A DNA stretch of 63,506 nt, filler included, from Squatina squatina (taxonomy: Eukaryota): assembly GCA_031763465.1 (NCBI GenBank). It is 4 parts of 4 records of this genome, joined end to end, with 100 filler letters (N's around TTAATTAATTAA, not from the genome) between each part and the next. Parts side by side here need not be neighbours in the genome. Positions count along the whole stretch, not along the records: positions 17,832 to 36,053 come from JARFOE010000194.1; positions 36,154 to 50,354 come from JARFOE010000080.1; 2 more parts are not named here. One strand, given 5' to 3'. The notes under the pieces are model-generated. The model worked only from the letters and a program-made list of their open reading frames with translations, searched no databases and had not been told where the DNA came from. Of this stretch, positions 25,575 to 36,304 are shown one piece after another. How positions within the stretch are numbered: position 1 is the first letter of the stretch; every line of letters begins with the position of its first letter. Both the position numbers and the translations under genes were made by a program.

Positions 25575-26188
25575 AATCAGGAAGTTACAATGGAAAACAT
25601 AGACATATTAAGTGAATGGGCAAAACTGTGGCAAATAGAGTTCAATCTGCGGAAGTAGGAGCTCATCTGCTTTGGATCCAAGAAAGACGCGTCAGATTAT
25701 TTTCTAAATAGTGAGAAACTAGAAACTGTGGTGGAGAAATGAGATTTTGGGTGTTCATATACACAAATCAGTAAAAGCTAGTGAACAGGTACAAAAAGTA
25801 ATCGAAAAGACTAATGGAATGTTGGCTTTTATCTCAAGGGCACTGGAGTATAATGGGGAGGGTGTGATGCTTTGATTGTAGGGAGCCTTGGTCAGACTCC
25901 ATCTGAAGTACTGCATTCTGGGCACCAAACATCAGGGAAGATATACTGGCCATGTAGTGGGGTGGCAGCACAGATTCACCAGAATGGAGAATCTAGTTCC
26001 TCTCGTGAGGGAATCTCGAACTAGTGGGCATAGTTTCAGAATAAAGGGAAGCCCATTTAAGACAGATGAGGAATTTCTCCTCTCAGAGGGTCATGAATCT
26101 TTGGACTTCTTTACCCCAAAGAGCTGTGGAGGCGGAGTCATTGAATATATTCAAGGCTGAGATAGACAGGTTTTTGATCAGCAAGGGA
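25575..26188 (+). mobile_element. CR1 LINE ORF2 C-terminal fragments
   Basis: LVRLHLKYC and RNFSSQRVMNLWTSLPQRAVEAESLNIFKAEIDRFL. Confidence 0.85.
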
Positions 26189-26289
26189 ANNNNNNNNNNN
26201 NNNNNNNNNNNNNNNNNNNNNNNNNNNNNNNNNNNNNNNNNNNNNNNNNNNNNNNNNNNNNNNNNNNNNNNNNNNNNNNNNNNNNNNNN

Positions 26290-26525
26290 ACCCTTCATAA
26301 TTTTAAAGACCCCTATCAGGCCACCCTGCCGCCTTCTCTTTTCCAGAAAAAAGAGCCCCAAACTTTTCAGCCTTTCCTGATAGGTTTAACCTCTCAGTTC
26401 TGATATCATTCTTATTAATCTTTTTTAGCACCTTCTCCATTGCCTCAATATCCTTTTCTAAATGTGGAGACCAGCATTGTCCACAGCACTCCAAGTGCGG
26501 TCTAACCGAGGTTCTATGCAAGTTT
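26290..26525 (-). mobile_element. CR1 LINE fragment
   Basis: VRPHLECCGQCWSPHLEKDIEAMEKV and GLFFLEKRRRQGGLIGVFKIMKG. Confidence 0.85.
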
Positions 26526-26979
26526 AATTTGATATAGAATTAGAAAGGCTCAAGTATATAAAAGGAAAGTGAACATTAACGCGGTGCTATTGGCTTCTGT
26601 TTGTTCTCGCATTCACTGCACACTAACTCGGATCGAACTAATGAGTAGACACGGCCATTTCTGCCCGAAATAAACAAAGTGCTTAAGACGCTATAATGGG
26701 CAACCTTGAAACTGACGTTAATGCGAATGGATAACGCTTATCTTTTCTTCCTGATATTAACAACTGTCCCTTTTAAACAGTGGGGTATTACCCCTTTAAT
26801 TAGAAAGTGGTTGTGCCTGATGTTCCCCTTAATGTTCTTTGGCCGTGGGCGGCCACTTTAAGAGGATGCTCGGCCCATTCAAACCCTGGCAAGTGGCCTG
26901 TGCCGGAGTGCGCAGCCGCGCAGCTTAAAGTGAACACTGGCCGTGCCACCACCAGGCAGGGACGGGCGCTAAAACTCAC

Positions 26980-27138
26980 CATCTCCTCCGACAGAGCTTT
27001 GATGTACTTGCGCGCCATTCTTTTCTTCATGGTTTTGGAAATGGCGCGCATGGTTTTCCCCAGCCCGCTCCCGTTCTGTCCGGACTTGGGCGGATTCTGC
27101 TCCCTGGCACCTTCTGCCTCTTGCTCAACTTCACCCGG
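26980..27138 (-). CDS. SAMSN1: SAM/SH3 domain protein SAMSN1 (HACS1/SLy2), internal 159-nt exon
   Basis: ...SGQNGSGLGKTMRAISKTMKKRMARKYIKALSEEM matches recalled human GGLGKKMRAISWTMKKKVGKKYIKALSEE. gtgtag| and |gtgagt sites; lies between HSPA13 and NRIP1 as in other vertebrates. Confidence 0.9.
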
Positions 27139-27367
27139 CTACACAGAGGAAAAGAAATCCTTTATTATCAGGCTTGCAAGTCACTTTGCGTTTCATCCTC
27201 ACGTGTGACAAGTAAAAATAAATTCATTTGCTGCTTTAACATCGTCTGCACCCAGAAAGGAATTTTGNNNNNNNNNNNNNNNNNNNNNNNNNNNNNNNNN
27301 NNNNNNNNNNNNNNNNNNNNNNNNNNNNNNNNNNNNNNNNNNNNNNNNNNNNNNNNNNNNNNNNNNN

Positions 27368-27625
27368 CCAGACATGAACCTGGCTCCTCCTGGTTTCCCA
27401 GACTCCCCCTTGTCTCTCAGACATGAGCCAGACTCCTCCTGGTCTCCCAGACATGAGCCTGACTCCTCCTGGTTTCCCAGACATGAGCCTGACTCCTCCT
27501 GGTCTCCCAGACTCCTCCTGGTCTCCCAGACATAAGCCAGACTCCTCCTGGTCTTCCAGACATGGTCCTGACTCCTCCTGGTTTCCCAGACTCCCCCTGG
27601 TTTCCCAGACTCCTCCTAGACTCCC
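27368..27625 (+). repeat. Composite 30-bp/19-bp GC-rich minisatellite
   Basis: ACATGAGCC at 27421, 27451 and 27481 (30-bp period), interleaved with shorter CCAGACTCCTCCTGGTCTC units. Confidence 0.85.
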
Positions 27626-28819
27626 TGATCCAAAGCCCCGGATTCTGCTGGTTTCCTGGACCCAGAGCCCCCGACCCCAAAAATTAAGTACCAAAATGGG
27701 CATGGATAGTTTCCTGCTCAGGCACAAGACATCTGGATAATAATTAGCTATCCCGTTGGACTAAGAACCTGGAGTCTGTGAAAAATCAACTCAAAGTCCC
27801 CAACCTGGATTGCAACTGGGAGCTAATGCAAGAAGAAAAATGCCAAACGCGGACTTGGTAAAAACCCTGCGGTTGGTCAAACTCGGGCAACGTGGGCGCA
27901 ACAGCGAGGAAGCACAGATCGTCAAGATTCCACTTTTAAATTAAGAGAGAAATATATAAATAAATATCCCTGACCACATTCGAGAGCACTTCCCAGGGCA
28001 ACGAGGAGGAAGAATGTGGGGGTGGGGGGGTAGAAAAAAAAACGATGGGATCTTGGAAATAAAAATTGGTTAAAACACTTAAGAAAAACAGAACATTTAA
28101 CTTTCAAAATATACCCTGCTACCCACTTCTTCAGTGACAGGCCACACTGGCACACATAGTACAGACTGATTAAGTAATTAAAGTTAGATTATTAAGACAT
28201 TAAATTCTCTTTTTTTTCTCTCTTTTTTTTACTCATAATTTTTTTTAATAAACACATTTATCAATTTACACATTGTACAGTACTTAACATTTGACTGTTT
28301 AATGTTTCATTGATATTACATTGCCAACTCAATGCTCTTCAGACATACTTGTATGTCATTCCTGCAACAACTTGCAGGAGAAAAATGAATCTGAGTGTGT
28401 ACTTTGGGGCCAATCGCAGCTAAGTGTAACATACATTGGGAGCCAGTGGCACTGGCATGGGTCATGTGGACTATAAAAGCTACAAAGGATGGGACCACAC
28501 AACTCAATGGATTAACACACTGAGATAAACGTTATGAGTTGGCATAGAGCTTTACACGATGGGAATGCAACTCCGGAATTTGGGTACAGAGATCTGCACA
28601 CTCAATTTGTGGCTCTCACGGTTTTCCATCTATTACCTCTAATGGCTGTGAAATCATGTAGAATGCAAATTGAATGTTCTGACCTCCGTGCTCAAACTAC
28701 TGATATGTACTCCAATCACCCATAGCTTTGTGATGAGAGCGCTCGTTTGTAAAACTCACCTCACATCTGTTGAGATGCACCAGGATTTCAATCTGGGCTA
28801 AGCTTATGTTATGAAAGTT

Positions 28820-29010
28820 ACATAGAATTACATAGAATTTACAGCACAGAAACAGACCATTTGGCCCTTTGGCCCAATGGTTTACGCTGCACATGGGCCT
28901 CCTCCCACTTTATCTCATCTAACCCTATCAGCATATCCTTCTATTCCTTTCTCACTCATGCACTTATCTAGCTTCCCCTTAAATAGATCTATGCAATTCA
29001 CCTCAACTCT
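28820..29010 (-). mobile_element. CR1 3' tail
   Basis: CATAGAATTACATAGAATTTACAGCACAGAAACAG.CCATT...; translates IDLFKGKLDKCM. Confidence 0.75.
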
Positions 29011-29638
29011 CCCTCTCTGCTGGCAGTAAGAGNNNNNNNNNNNNNNNNNNNNNNNNNNNNNNNNNNNNNNNNNNNNNNNNNNNNNNNNNNNNNNNNNNNN
29101 NNNNNNNNNNNNNAAACAAGGAACGGGGCGAAAGGGTGAGTGAGGGCTGTTAAGGATATCACCAACCGGTGCCACCACCCCAAGGAGAGGCGCTAGGCTC
29201 CCAACCAGGGCATTCGGAACTCATAACCTTGGCTGCTGCACCTTTCGCAACATGATTATCATGCTTTAGCACTGATCGTGACCGGGCAAAAGACAAATGG
29301 TATCATCCTCATTGTACTTATTTTATATATACGCATATATATAATATATGTGTGTATATATAAAATGACAATATAAAAATTGATGGATCCCAATATCTTG
29401 ACATTCCTGGCTATAGATACAAGTTCCAAACATGGGATCTGTCCTCCAACATGCTGTCTGTCAGCGCTGGTATATATATTATATACACTTACATTTTATA
29501 TATATTATATATGCAGCATTTGCCCTTCTGTCCAGCCGACCCAGAGTGTATTGCACAAGACTTGGTCTAATAGACAAGATTGTCTTCTTGCTTTCTTTCA
29601 TTTGTTAGTTTTTCGTTTCCCCCCCATTCTTCTGTTTC

Positions 29639-29726
29639 TCAATCGGGCTCCCGTTTTATCGCCACCACTTTCTCCAGGATCCCGTAGGCGCTTTTGCTCA
29701 GGTTCGGTGGGGGCGGAGCGTCGTGG
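29639..29726 (-). CDS. NRIP1: Nuclear receptor interacting protein 1 (RIP140), C-terminus
   Basis: ...SAYGILEKVVAIKREPD* resembles the RIP140 end (LTIKKESE). In frame with the middle segment; followed by an AT-rich 3' UTR. Confidence 0.75.
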
Positions 29727-30467
29727 NNNNNNNNNNNNNNNNNNNNNNNNNNNNNNNNNNNNNNNNNNNNNNNNNNNNNNNNNNNNNNNNNNNNNNNNNN
29801 NNNNNNNNNNNNNNNNNNNNNNNNNNNNNNNNNNNNNNNNNNNNNNNNNNNNNNNNNNNNNNNNNNNNNNNNNNNNNNNNNNNNNNNNNNNNNNNNNNNN
29901 NNNNNNNNNNNNNNNNNNNNNNNNNNNNNNNNNNNNNNNNNNNNNNNNNNNNNNNNNNNNNNNNNNNNNNNNNNNNNNNNNNNNNNNNNNNNNNNNNNNN
30001 NNNNNNNNNNNNNNNNNNNNNNNNNNNNNNNNNNNNNNNNNNNNNNNNNNNNNNNNNNNNNNNNNNNNNNNNNNNNNNNNNNNNNNNNNNNNNNNNNNNN
30101 NNNNNNNNNNNNNNNNNNNNNNNNNNNNNNNNNNNNNNNNNNNNNNNNNNNNNNNNNNNNNNNNNNNNNNNNNNNNNNNNNNNNNNNNNNNNNNNNNNNN
30201 NNNNNNNNNNNNNNNNNNNNNNNNNNNNNNNNNNNNNNNNNNNNNNNNNNNNNNNNNNNNNNNNNNNNNNNNNNNNNNNNNNNNNNNNNNNNNNNNNNNN
30301 NNNNNNNNNNNNNNNNNNNNNNNNNNNNNNNNNNNNNNNNNNNNNNNNNNNNNNNNNNNNNNNNNNNNNNNNNNNNNNNNNNNNNNNNNNNNNNNNNNNN
30401 NNNNNNNNNNNNNNNNNNNNNNNNNNNNNNNNNNNNNNNNNNNNNNNNNNNNNNNNNNNNNNNNNNN

Positions 30468-31233
30468 GGGAGAATCTTTCTCTTTTTGGGAATGTTACAG
30501 GGACTGTTGGATCCAGAGGTGGGCACCTGTGCCTCGACATGGCTGCCAGAGTTCCGATGCCGACTCAAGGTATAATTGTCCGAGGGGCCAGCGCTGTGCC
30601 GCAGCAGAAGTTGACTCAGAACACCTCCTTTCTGAGAGGAATGGGACAAGGCTGGAGACGAAGATAAAGGGGGAGAAACCATTTCTTGCTTCAGGTTCTC
30701 CAACGGGAAGGATGGGTGCTTGTGTTCGGGCCTGCTTGGCACTGGCAGCTGGCGATTGGCACTTTCTTCCAATGCTTGCGTGTTTGAGGAGAAGCCAGCC
30801 TCTTCCTCAACAGGCTCGGCCTTGACTTTGACCATGGATATGGGTTCTGTGAAGACGGCTTGCCCATTGCAGTAGTCCTCCGAAGGCTGCGCGATTGCCA
30901 AGCTCGGTGGTTCACCCTGCCTTCCATGCAAGTGACTCTTTAGGACCTTATCCTTCTCTGGAGTCCTCAGAAGGAGCTGAAGGACACTGCGTCTTTCAAG
31001 TAGGTTTTCGAGATCTGCGTTGGGAGTTGACGCTGCCTGGAGGCCTTGACTCTCCTGCCCGGTGCTGGGCTCGTGCAACATTGGCGGCTGAAAGCAAAGA
31101 GGGTCGCCCGACCTACCGAACAGGAGGCAACCTGAGGTCTCGCCTGCCCTGGCCTCCACAGGGCCCAGGGCAACATTCTTCTGCTCGATGTCCGCCTGGG
31201 AGGCCTCCGGAGACTTGTGGAAGCCAGTGTAAG
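30468..31233 (-). CDS. NRIP1: RIP140 middle segment of the single coding exon
   Basis: LENLLERRSVLQLLL, VKVKAEP, GVLSQLLL and PKKRK (LxxLL boxes and basic motif of RIP140). Confidence 0.92.
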
Positions 31234-32071
31234 NNNNNNNNNNNNNNNNNNNNNNNNNNNNNNNNNNNNNNNNNNNNNNNNNNNNNNNNNNNNNNNNNNN
31301 NNNNNNNNNNNNNNNNNNNNNNNNNNNNNNNNNNNNNNNNNNNNNNNNNNNNNNNNNNNNNNNNNNNNNNNNNNNNNNNNNNNNNNNNNNNNNNNNNNNN
31401 NNNNNNNNNNNNNNNNNNNNNNNNNNNNNNNNNNNNNNNNNNNNNNNNNNNNNNNNNNNNNNNNNNNNNNNNNNNNNNNNNNNNNNNNNNNNNNNNNNNN
31501 NNNNNNNNNNNNNNNNNNNNNNNNNNNNNNNNNNNNNNNNNNNNNNNNNNNNNNNNNNNNNNNNNNNNNNNNNNNNNNNNNNNNNNNNNNNNNNNNNNNN
31601 NNNNNNNNNNNNNNNNNNNNNNNNNNNNNNNNNNNNNNNNNNNNNNNNNNNNNNNNNNNNNNNNNNNNNNNNNNNNNNNNNNNNNNNNNNNNNNNNNNNN
31701 NNNNNNNNNNNNNNNNNNNNNNNNNNNNNNNNNNNNNNNNNNNNNNNNNNNNNNNNNNNNNNNNNNNNNNNNNNNNNNNNNNNNNNNNNNNNNNNNNNNN
31801 NNNNNNNNNNNNNNNNNNNNNNNNNNNNNNNNNNNNNNNNNNNNNNNNNNNNNNNNNNNNNNNNNNNNNNNNNNNNNNNNNNNNNNNNNNNNNNNNNNNN
31901 NNNNNNNNNNNNNNNNNNNNNNNNNNNNNNNNNNNNNNNNNNNNNNNNNNNNNNNNNNNNNNNNNNNNNNNNNNNNNNNNNNNNNNNNNNNNNNNNNNNN
32001 NNNNNNNNNNNNNNNNNNNNNNNNNNNNNNNNNNNNNNNNNNNNNNNNNNNNNNNNNNNNNNNNNNNNNNN

Positions 32072-32498
32072 CGCCCAGATGCTGCTGACGCGTCTGGGGC
32101 TGGCGGAGCGGGTGGAGTACCAGCCCTCGCAGCTCTCCGGCGGCCAGCAGCAGCGTGTCAGTATCGCACGCGCGCTGATGAACGGCGGTCAGGTGATCCT
32201 CGCAGATGAACCGACCGGGGCGCTCGACAGCCATTCGGGTGAAGAGGTGATGGCGATCCTTCACCAGCTTCGCGATCAGGGGCATACGGTCATCATCGTT
32301 ACCCACGATCCGCAGGTGGCTGCGCAGGCCGAGCGCATCATTGAGATCCGCGACGGAGAGCTGGTCAGCAACCCGCCGCCGCGTGAGTCCAGGGCAGCGG
32401 CGCCGAAAGAAGCGCTGCCGGCATCAACAGGCTGGGGGCAGTTCTCCAGCGGCTTTCGCGAGGCGCTGACCATGGCCTGGCTGGCGATGGCGGCCAAC
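32072..32498 (+). CDS. macB: Bacterial macrolide export ABC transporter MacB fragment (Enterobacteriaceae-like; probable contaminant)
   Basis: [68 protein letters not shown]...[15 protein letters not shown]. Carries the ABC signature, Walker B and H-loop, nearly identical to recalled E. coli/Salmonella MacB. No decay; CpG-rich codons. Confidence 0.95.
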
Positions 32499-33433
32499 CT
32501 CTCGCTGGCTGAGGCGGGTGTGGCCCGGGCGCCCAGCGAGTGCTCGCGGGAGTACTGCTGAAGCTGGGTGTCGCTGGAGAGCAGTAGGGCCAGCTGGCTG
32601 CAAGCGACACTGGGCTTGGGCGAGCCGGGGGTCCGGGCTCCATTCTCCACCATGTTGGCCACGGCCCGCAGCCTGGCGGAGCAGGAGATGGGCTCTCCGA
32701 CCGGCCTCGCGTCGCCAGGCGAGCGGCAAAGTCTCCGATGGTCGGCGGGGCTGTGGTAAAGGCTCTCGTTCTCCTTGGGGAGGTGGTCGGCCTGGCTGTG
32801 GTCCCTGTTCTTGAGCAGGGCCCTCAGGTGGCTGGACACCAGCCCGTAGCTCCTCAGATCTTCCTCCGGCGAAGAGGCGCGACTGCCCGGGGATGCCAGC
32901 TGGCCAGGCCTGGGAGCGCTGCCGTGCTGGGACAGTGCTACGTTCTGCAGCCTGGAGCTGAAAGACTGCAGCAAGGAGGCCAGCAATGTGCTGTGCTGCT
33001 GCTGCTGCTGCTCTTGGGTTTTGCCCAGTGCGCCTGGTCTGTTGGTGGCCGGGCTGCCCTCTTCCTCACTGGGCTCCAGCCCGTGCCCGCACACCCTTCT
33101 CCTCTTGGCCCCCTCCCATGCCTCGGCTTGGAGTAGCCTGGCCTTCTTCACGTTCAGCGCGGAGGCAGCTCTGGCAGCCCTCTGGTGAGAGGTGATGGGC
33201 AGCTGGCGCGAGGGAGAGGTGGCCAAGCCCTCCCCTCCTCCTCCTCCTCCTCCTCCTCTGCTGCTGCGACTGGCGGAGGTCCAGCAGGCTGCACTTTCGT
33301 CTTCGGAGACACGTTTGGTGGACGGGATGCCCACGCTGCCCCCTGGCGCTCGATGCATTAATACACTCTCGAGGTAAGTTAACACGACTGAATCCTGGTG
33401 CATCTCAGAGCAAAGCTCCTCTCCATGGGTCAT
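32477..33433 (-). CDS. NRIP1: RIP140 N-terminal segment
   Basis: Starts [22 protein letters not shown]; contains [55 protein letters not shown] and ASERLAA. Confidence 0.96.
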
Positions 33434-34002
33434 GTTCAANNNNNNNNNNNNNNNNNNNNNNNNNNNNNNNNNNNNNNNNNNNNNNNNNNNNNNNNNNNNN
33501 NNNNNNNNNNNNNNNNNNNNNNNNNNNNNNNNNNNNNNNAGGACAGGATTAGGGGATAAAATCGAGGCGAACAGACTCAGACATGGACAGATTGCACACA
33601 ACATTAATCTCGAGCAAACGCAGAGGACAGAGGAGGCTGTTTCAGGAAGGTCAGGAGGGTCAAGCTGATTAACTCCCCAGGCTTTGGCAACCGCTGGGCC
33701 CAGGCCCGGGGTTACTTGAGTTCACAGAGAGCCATTGACATTCAGCTCCACCACTTACTCATTAACGCATCAGCGGGCGATCGGAGACTATTTAAAGGGC
33801 CAGCTGCCTTAAAGAAAAGTACAAAGATAGACTGAGGAACTAATATGTTGCTGCCCTTTGGCACGGCTCAGGATCAAAAGGAAGAGATTCTGCCCATTTT
33901 AAATTAAGATTTTTTTTTAAATGGCCATTACGCCGTGAACTTGCGAAGATGAAGCTTTGATTAAATCAAATGGTCCCATTTTATTTTTCAAAACGAGATT
34001 TA

Positions 34003-34158
34003 TAAGATGACCAGATCGACAGTCGCAAACCGGGACAATCAGGCTGCACATGCGCAGTTCGTTCTTCACTGGAACTGTGCCTGAGCAGTCAGTTCTTCAC
34101 TGGAACTGCGCATGTGCAGTCGAGTGGGCCCGAAAAACCGGGACATCTGGCCACCCTA
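34003..34158. mobile_element. Short non-autonomous DNA transposon (hAT-Blackjack-like ends)
   Basis: Imperfect TIRs TAAGATGACCAGAT / ATCTGGCCACCCTA, AAACCGGGACA subterminal motifs and an internal perfect 17-bp inverted repeat. Confidence 0.6.
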
Positions 34159-34403
34159 AGTATGCAGATACCTGATNNNNNNNNNNNNNNNNNNNNNNNN
34201 NNNNNNNNNNNNNNNNNNNNNNNNNNNNNNNNNNNNNNNNNNNNNNNNNNNNNNNNNNNNNNNNNNNNNNNNNNNNGTTGTGTGGTTCTCATTACCTCAC
34301 ACTAACGGAAGGTTAGCTTTAAATTGGGCAATGATCACAGAGCAACTAAGCGATTGTCTGGTCATTTTCTGTTGCAACAACTGTTTGCCTTGTGTTTCCA
34401 CAG

Positions 34404-34531
34404 CACTGGTTCACTGCACTCCCACCCGTCCTAACCTTCGAACTTTCCAGATTTGAGTTTAATCAAGCTTTGGGAAGGCCTGAGAAGATCCATCACAAAT
34501 TGGAATTTCCATCCGTCTTGTACATGGACAG
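34404..34531 (+). CDS. USP25: Ubiquitin-specific peptidase 25, catalytic-domain exon (128 nt)
   Basis: [43 protein letters not shown] with ccacag| and |gtacag sites. QALGRPEK and the position next to NRIP1 favour USP25 over USP28. Confidence 0.93.
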
Positions 34532-34639
34532 GTACAGCAGCCCTGTAGTTTGTGAGTTGTTATTGAGCAGGACTAGAACAGAGTATCCTGGTGCTCCCAG
34601 AAGGATCTTTGCAGTGAAGCCACAACAACTGTAACTGGA

Positions 34640-34835
34640 ATTTATATTGCGCTTTTAATGTAGTAAAGGCGCTTCACAGGAGCGTTATCAGACAAAATTT
34701 GACACAGCCACATAAGGAGAAATTCGGACATTAGACCAAAAGCTTGGTCAAAGAGGTGTAGGGTATTAAGGAGAGTCTTAAAGGAGGTCGAGAGGCAGAG
34801 AGGTTTAGAGAGGCAATTCCAGAGATTGGGACCCA
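34640..34835 (-). mobile_element. L2 LINE 3' end
   Basis: Reverse strand gives LWNCLSKPLCLSTSFKTLL..HLFDQAF plus the AAGCGCAATATAAAT tail. Confidence 0.7.
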
Positions 34836-35191
34836 TAAAGTTGATACCAGAAATGCGAGGTTATACATATCAGGAAAGGATGAACAGGCTGGGTGTCTTC
34901 TCCAGAAAAGAGAAGGCTGAAGGGTGACCTAATAGAGGTCTTTAAAATTATGAAAGGTTTTGATGGAGTGTATGTACAGAGGGAGTGTTTCTACTTGTGG
35001 GGAAGAACAAAACTAGTGACCATCAATATAAGATAGTCACCAAGAAATCCAATAGGGAATTCAGAAGAAAATTATTTACCCAAAGAGATGTGGGAATTTG
35101 CTTCAACCACACTCGCAGGGAGTGGTTGAAGCAAATTGTATCGATGCATTTAAGGGGAGGCTGGACAAGCGTATGAGGGAGAAGGGAACAG
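34836..35191 (+). mobile_element. CR1 LINE 3' fragment
   Basis: AGAAGGCTGAAGGGTGACCTAATAGAGGTCTTTAAAATTATGAAAGG; translates VVEANCIDAFKGRLDK. Confidence 0.8.
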
Positions 35192-35447
35192 NNNNNNNNN
35201 NNNNNNNNNNNNNNNNNNNNNNNNNNNNNNNNNNNNNNNNNNNNNNNNNNNNNNNNNNNNNNNNNNNNNNNNNNNNNNNNNNNNNNNNNNNATCCCTCTC
35301 CAGACCCCCTGATCGGCCAACTGACCAAGGCATCAGAGGGCTGTGGTCACCTGCAGATCCCTACCCCGATCAAAGTGCCTTTCAGCGAGAAGGGGAGCAA
35401 CCTGGCAATATACATTGTTCAAAATGCTGTGTTCTTTGTGTTGCAAG

Positions 35448-35581
35448 GAAAAGAGTTGGAATACTTGGAGCAGCCATCGGCGAGCGATCCCTCTAAAGTT
35501 TGTGAAGAAGACACAGCAAGGACGGTCTCCAAAGCTGCCACGGAGTATGAAGACCGGGGCCCAGAGGCTGCACTGCAAGCG
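35448..35581 (+). CDS. USP25: USP25 exon C-terminal to the catalytic domain (134 nt)
   Basis: (G)KELEYLEQPSASDPSKVCEEDTARTVSKAATEYEDRGPEAALQA matches recalled human [43 protein letters not shown]. gcaag| and |gtatga sites. Confidence 0.85.
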
Positions 35582-36053
35582 GTATGACTTGCAACAAGCC
35601 AACTTTTCTTTCCTCTTTTTAATTTTGATATCAAATAAAGAAATGCTGAATTAGTTAATGTCAGGCCGCTCTCGGTTATTGCTCGCTAAGAAAAGCCCAT
35701 CGACCTCCCCCTCCACATCCTCCTTACCCACCCCCATTAACTGTTCTAAAACCCATGATTTAATCGGGTTATTTACAGGAGTATTGTAGCCCAGCGAAAG
35801 AGCAGTGTTGTTTTCGCTCGCCTTCCCTTTCTCTTAAATCTGTTCCCTACATAACCTCAATAGGTGCATTTTGAAAATAATTCATTGCTCGCGAAGTACT
35901 TTGGGATTTCCTGAGGGTCAGATAGGGTCTTCTGTAAATGTAGGTTCTTTTCACTTTCTTCCTGCCGTCTAATGCAGTCGCCTGTTTGGTCTTGCTTCTC
36001 CCCTGCCTCCGGCCAATATCTTTCCCTCTCTCTCTCTCTTTCCCCCCCATTTC

Positions 36054-36153
36054 NNNNNNNNNNNNNNNNNNNNNNNNNNNNNNNNNNNNNNNNNNNNTTA
36101 ATTAATTAANNNNNNNNNNNNNNNNNNNNNNNNNNNNNNNNNNNNNNNNNNNN
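36054..36153. other. Artificial scaffold linker N44-TTAATTAATTAA-N44
   Basis: Identical structure to 17732-17831. Confidence 0.95.
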
Positions 36154-36270
36154 CTGATGGAGGATTTCAACCCAAAATGTTAGCCTGTTTTTCCACTTTT
36201 CAGACGCTGATGCACGTACTGTGTATTTATGGCATCATTTTATTTTCAGATTTTCAGCATTCATTGTTTT
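36154..36270 (+). mobile_element. Penelope-like element terminal repeat remnant
   Basis: CTGATGGAGGATTTCAACCCAAAATGTTAGCCTGTTTT...TTTTATTTTCAGATTTTCAGCAT. Confidence 0.5.
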
Positions 36271-36304
36271 TCTTTTTATTTCTATAACTTAGTTTCAATA
36301 ACTA

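Noticed and set aside
27236-27740. Pro/Gly-rich repetitive protein
   Set aside because: Translation of a minisatellite with mixed 30/19-bp units that shift frame.
32365-33377. Several overlapping ORFs around the NRIP1 N-terminus
   Set aside because: Alternative-frame shadows caused by high GC.
32072-33433. A functional NRIP1-macB fusion or horizontally acquired efflux gene
   Set aside because: macB is partial, antisense, undecayed, at a contig end and joined through a short shared word. Misassembly is more parsimonious pending read evidence.
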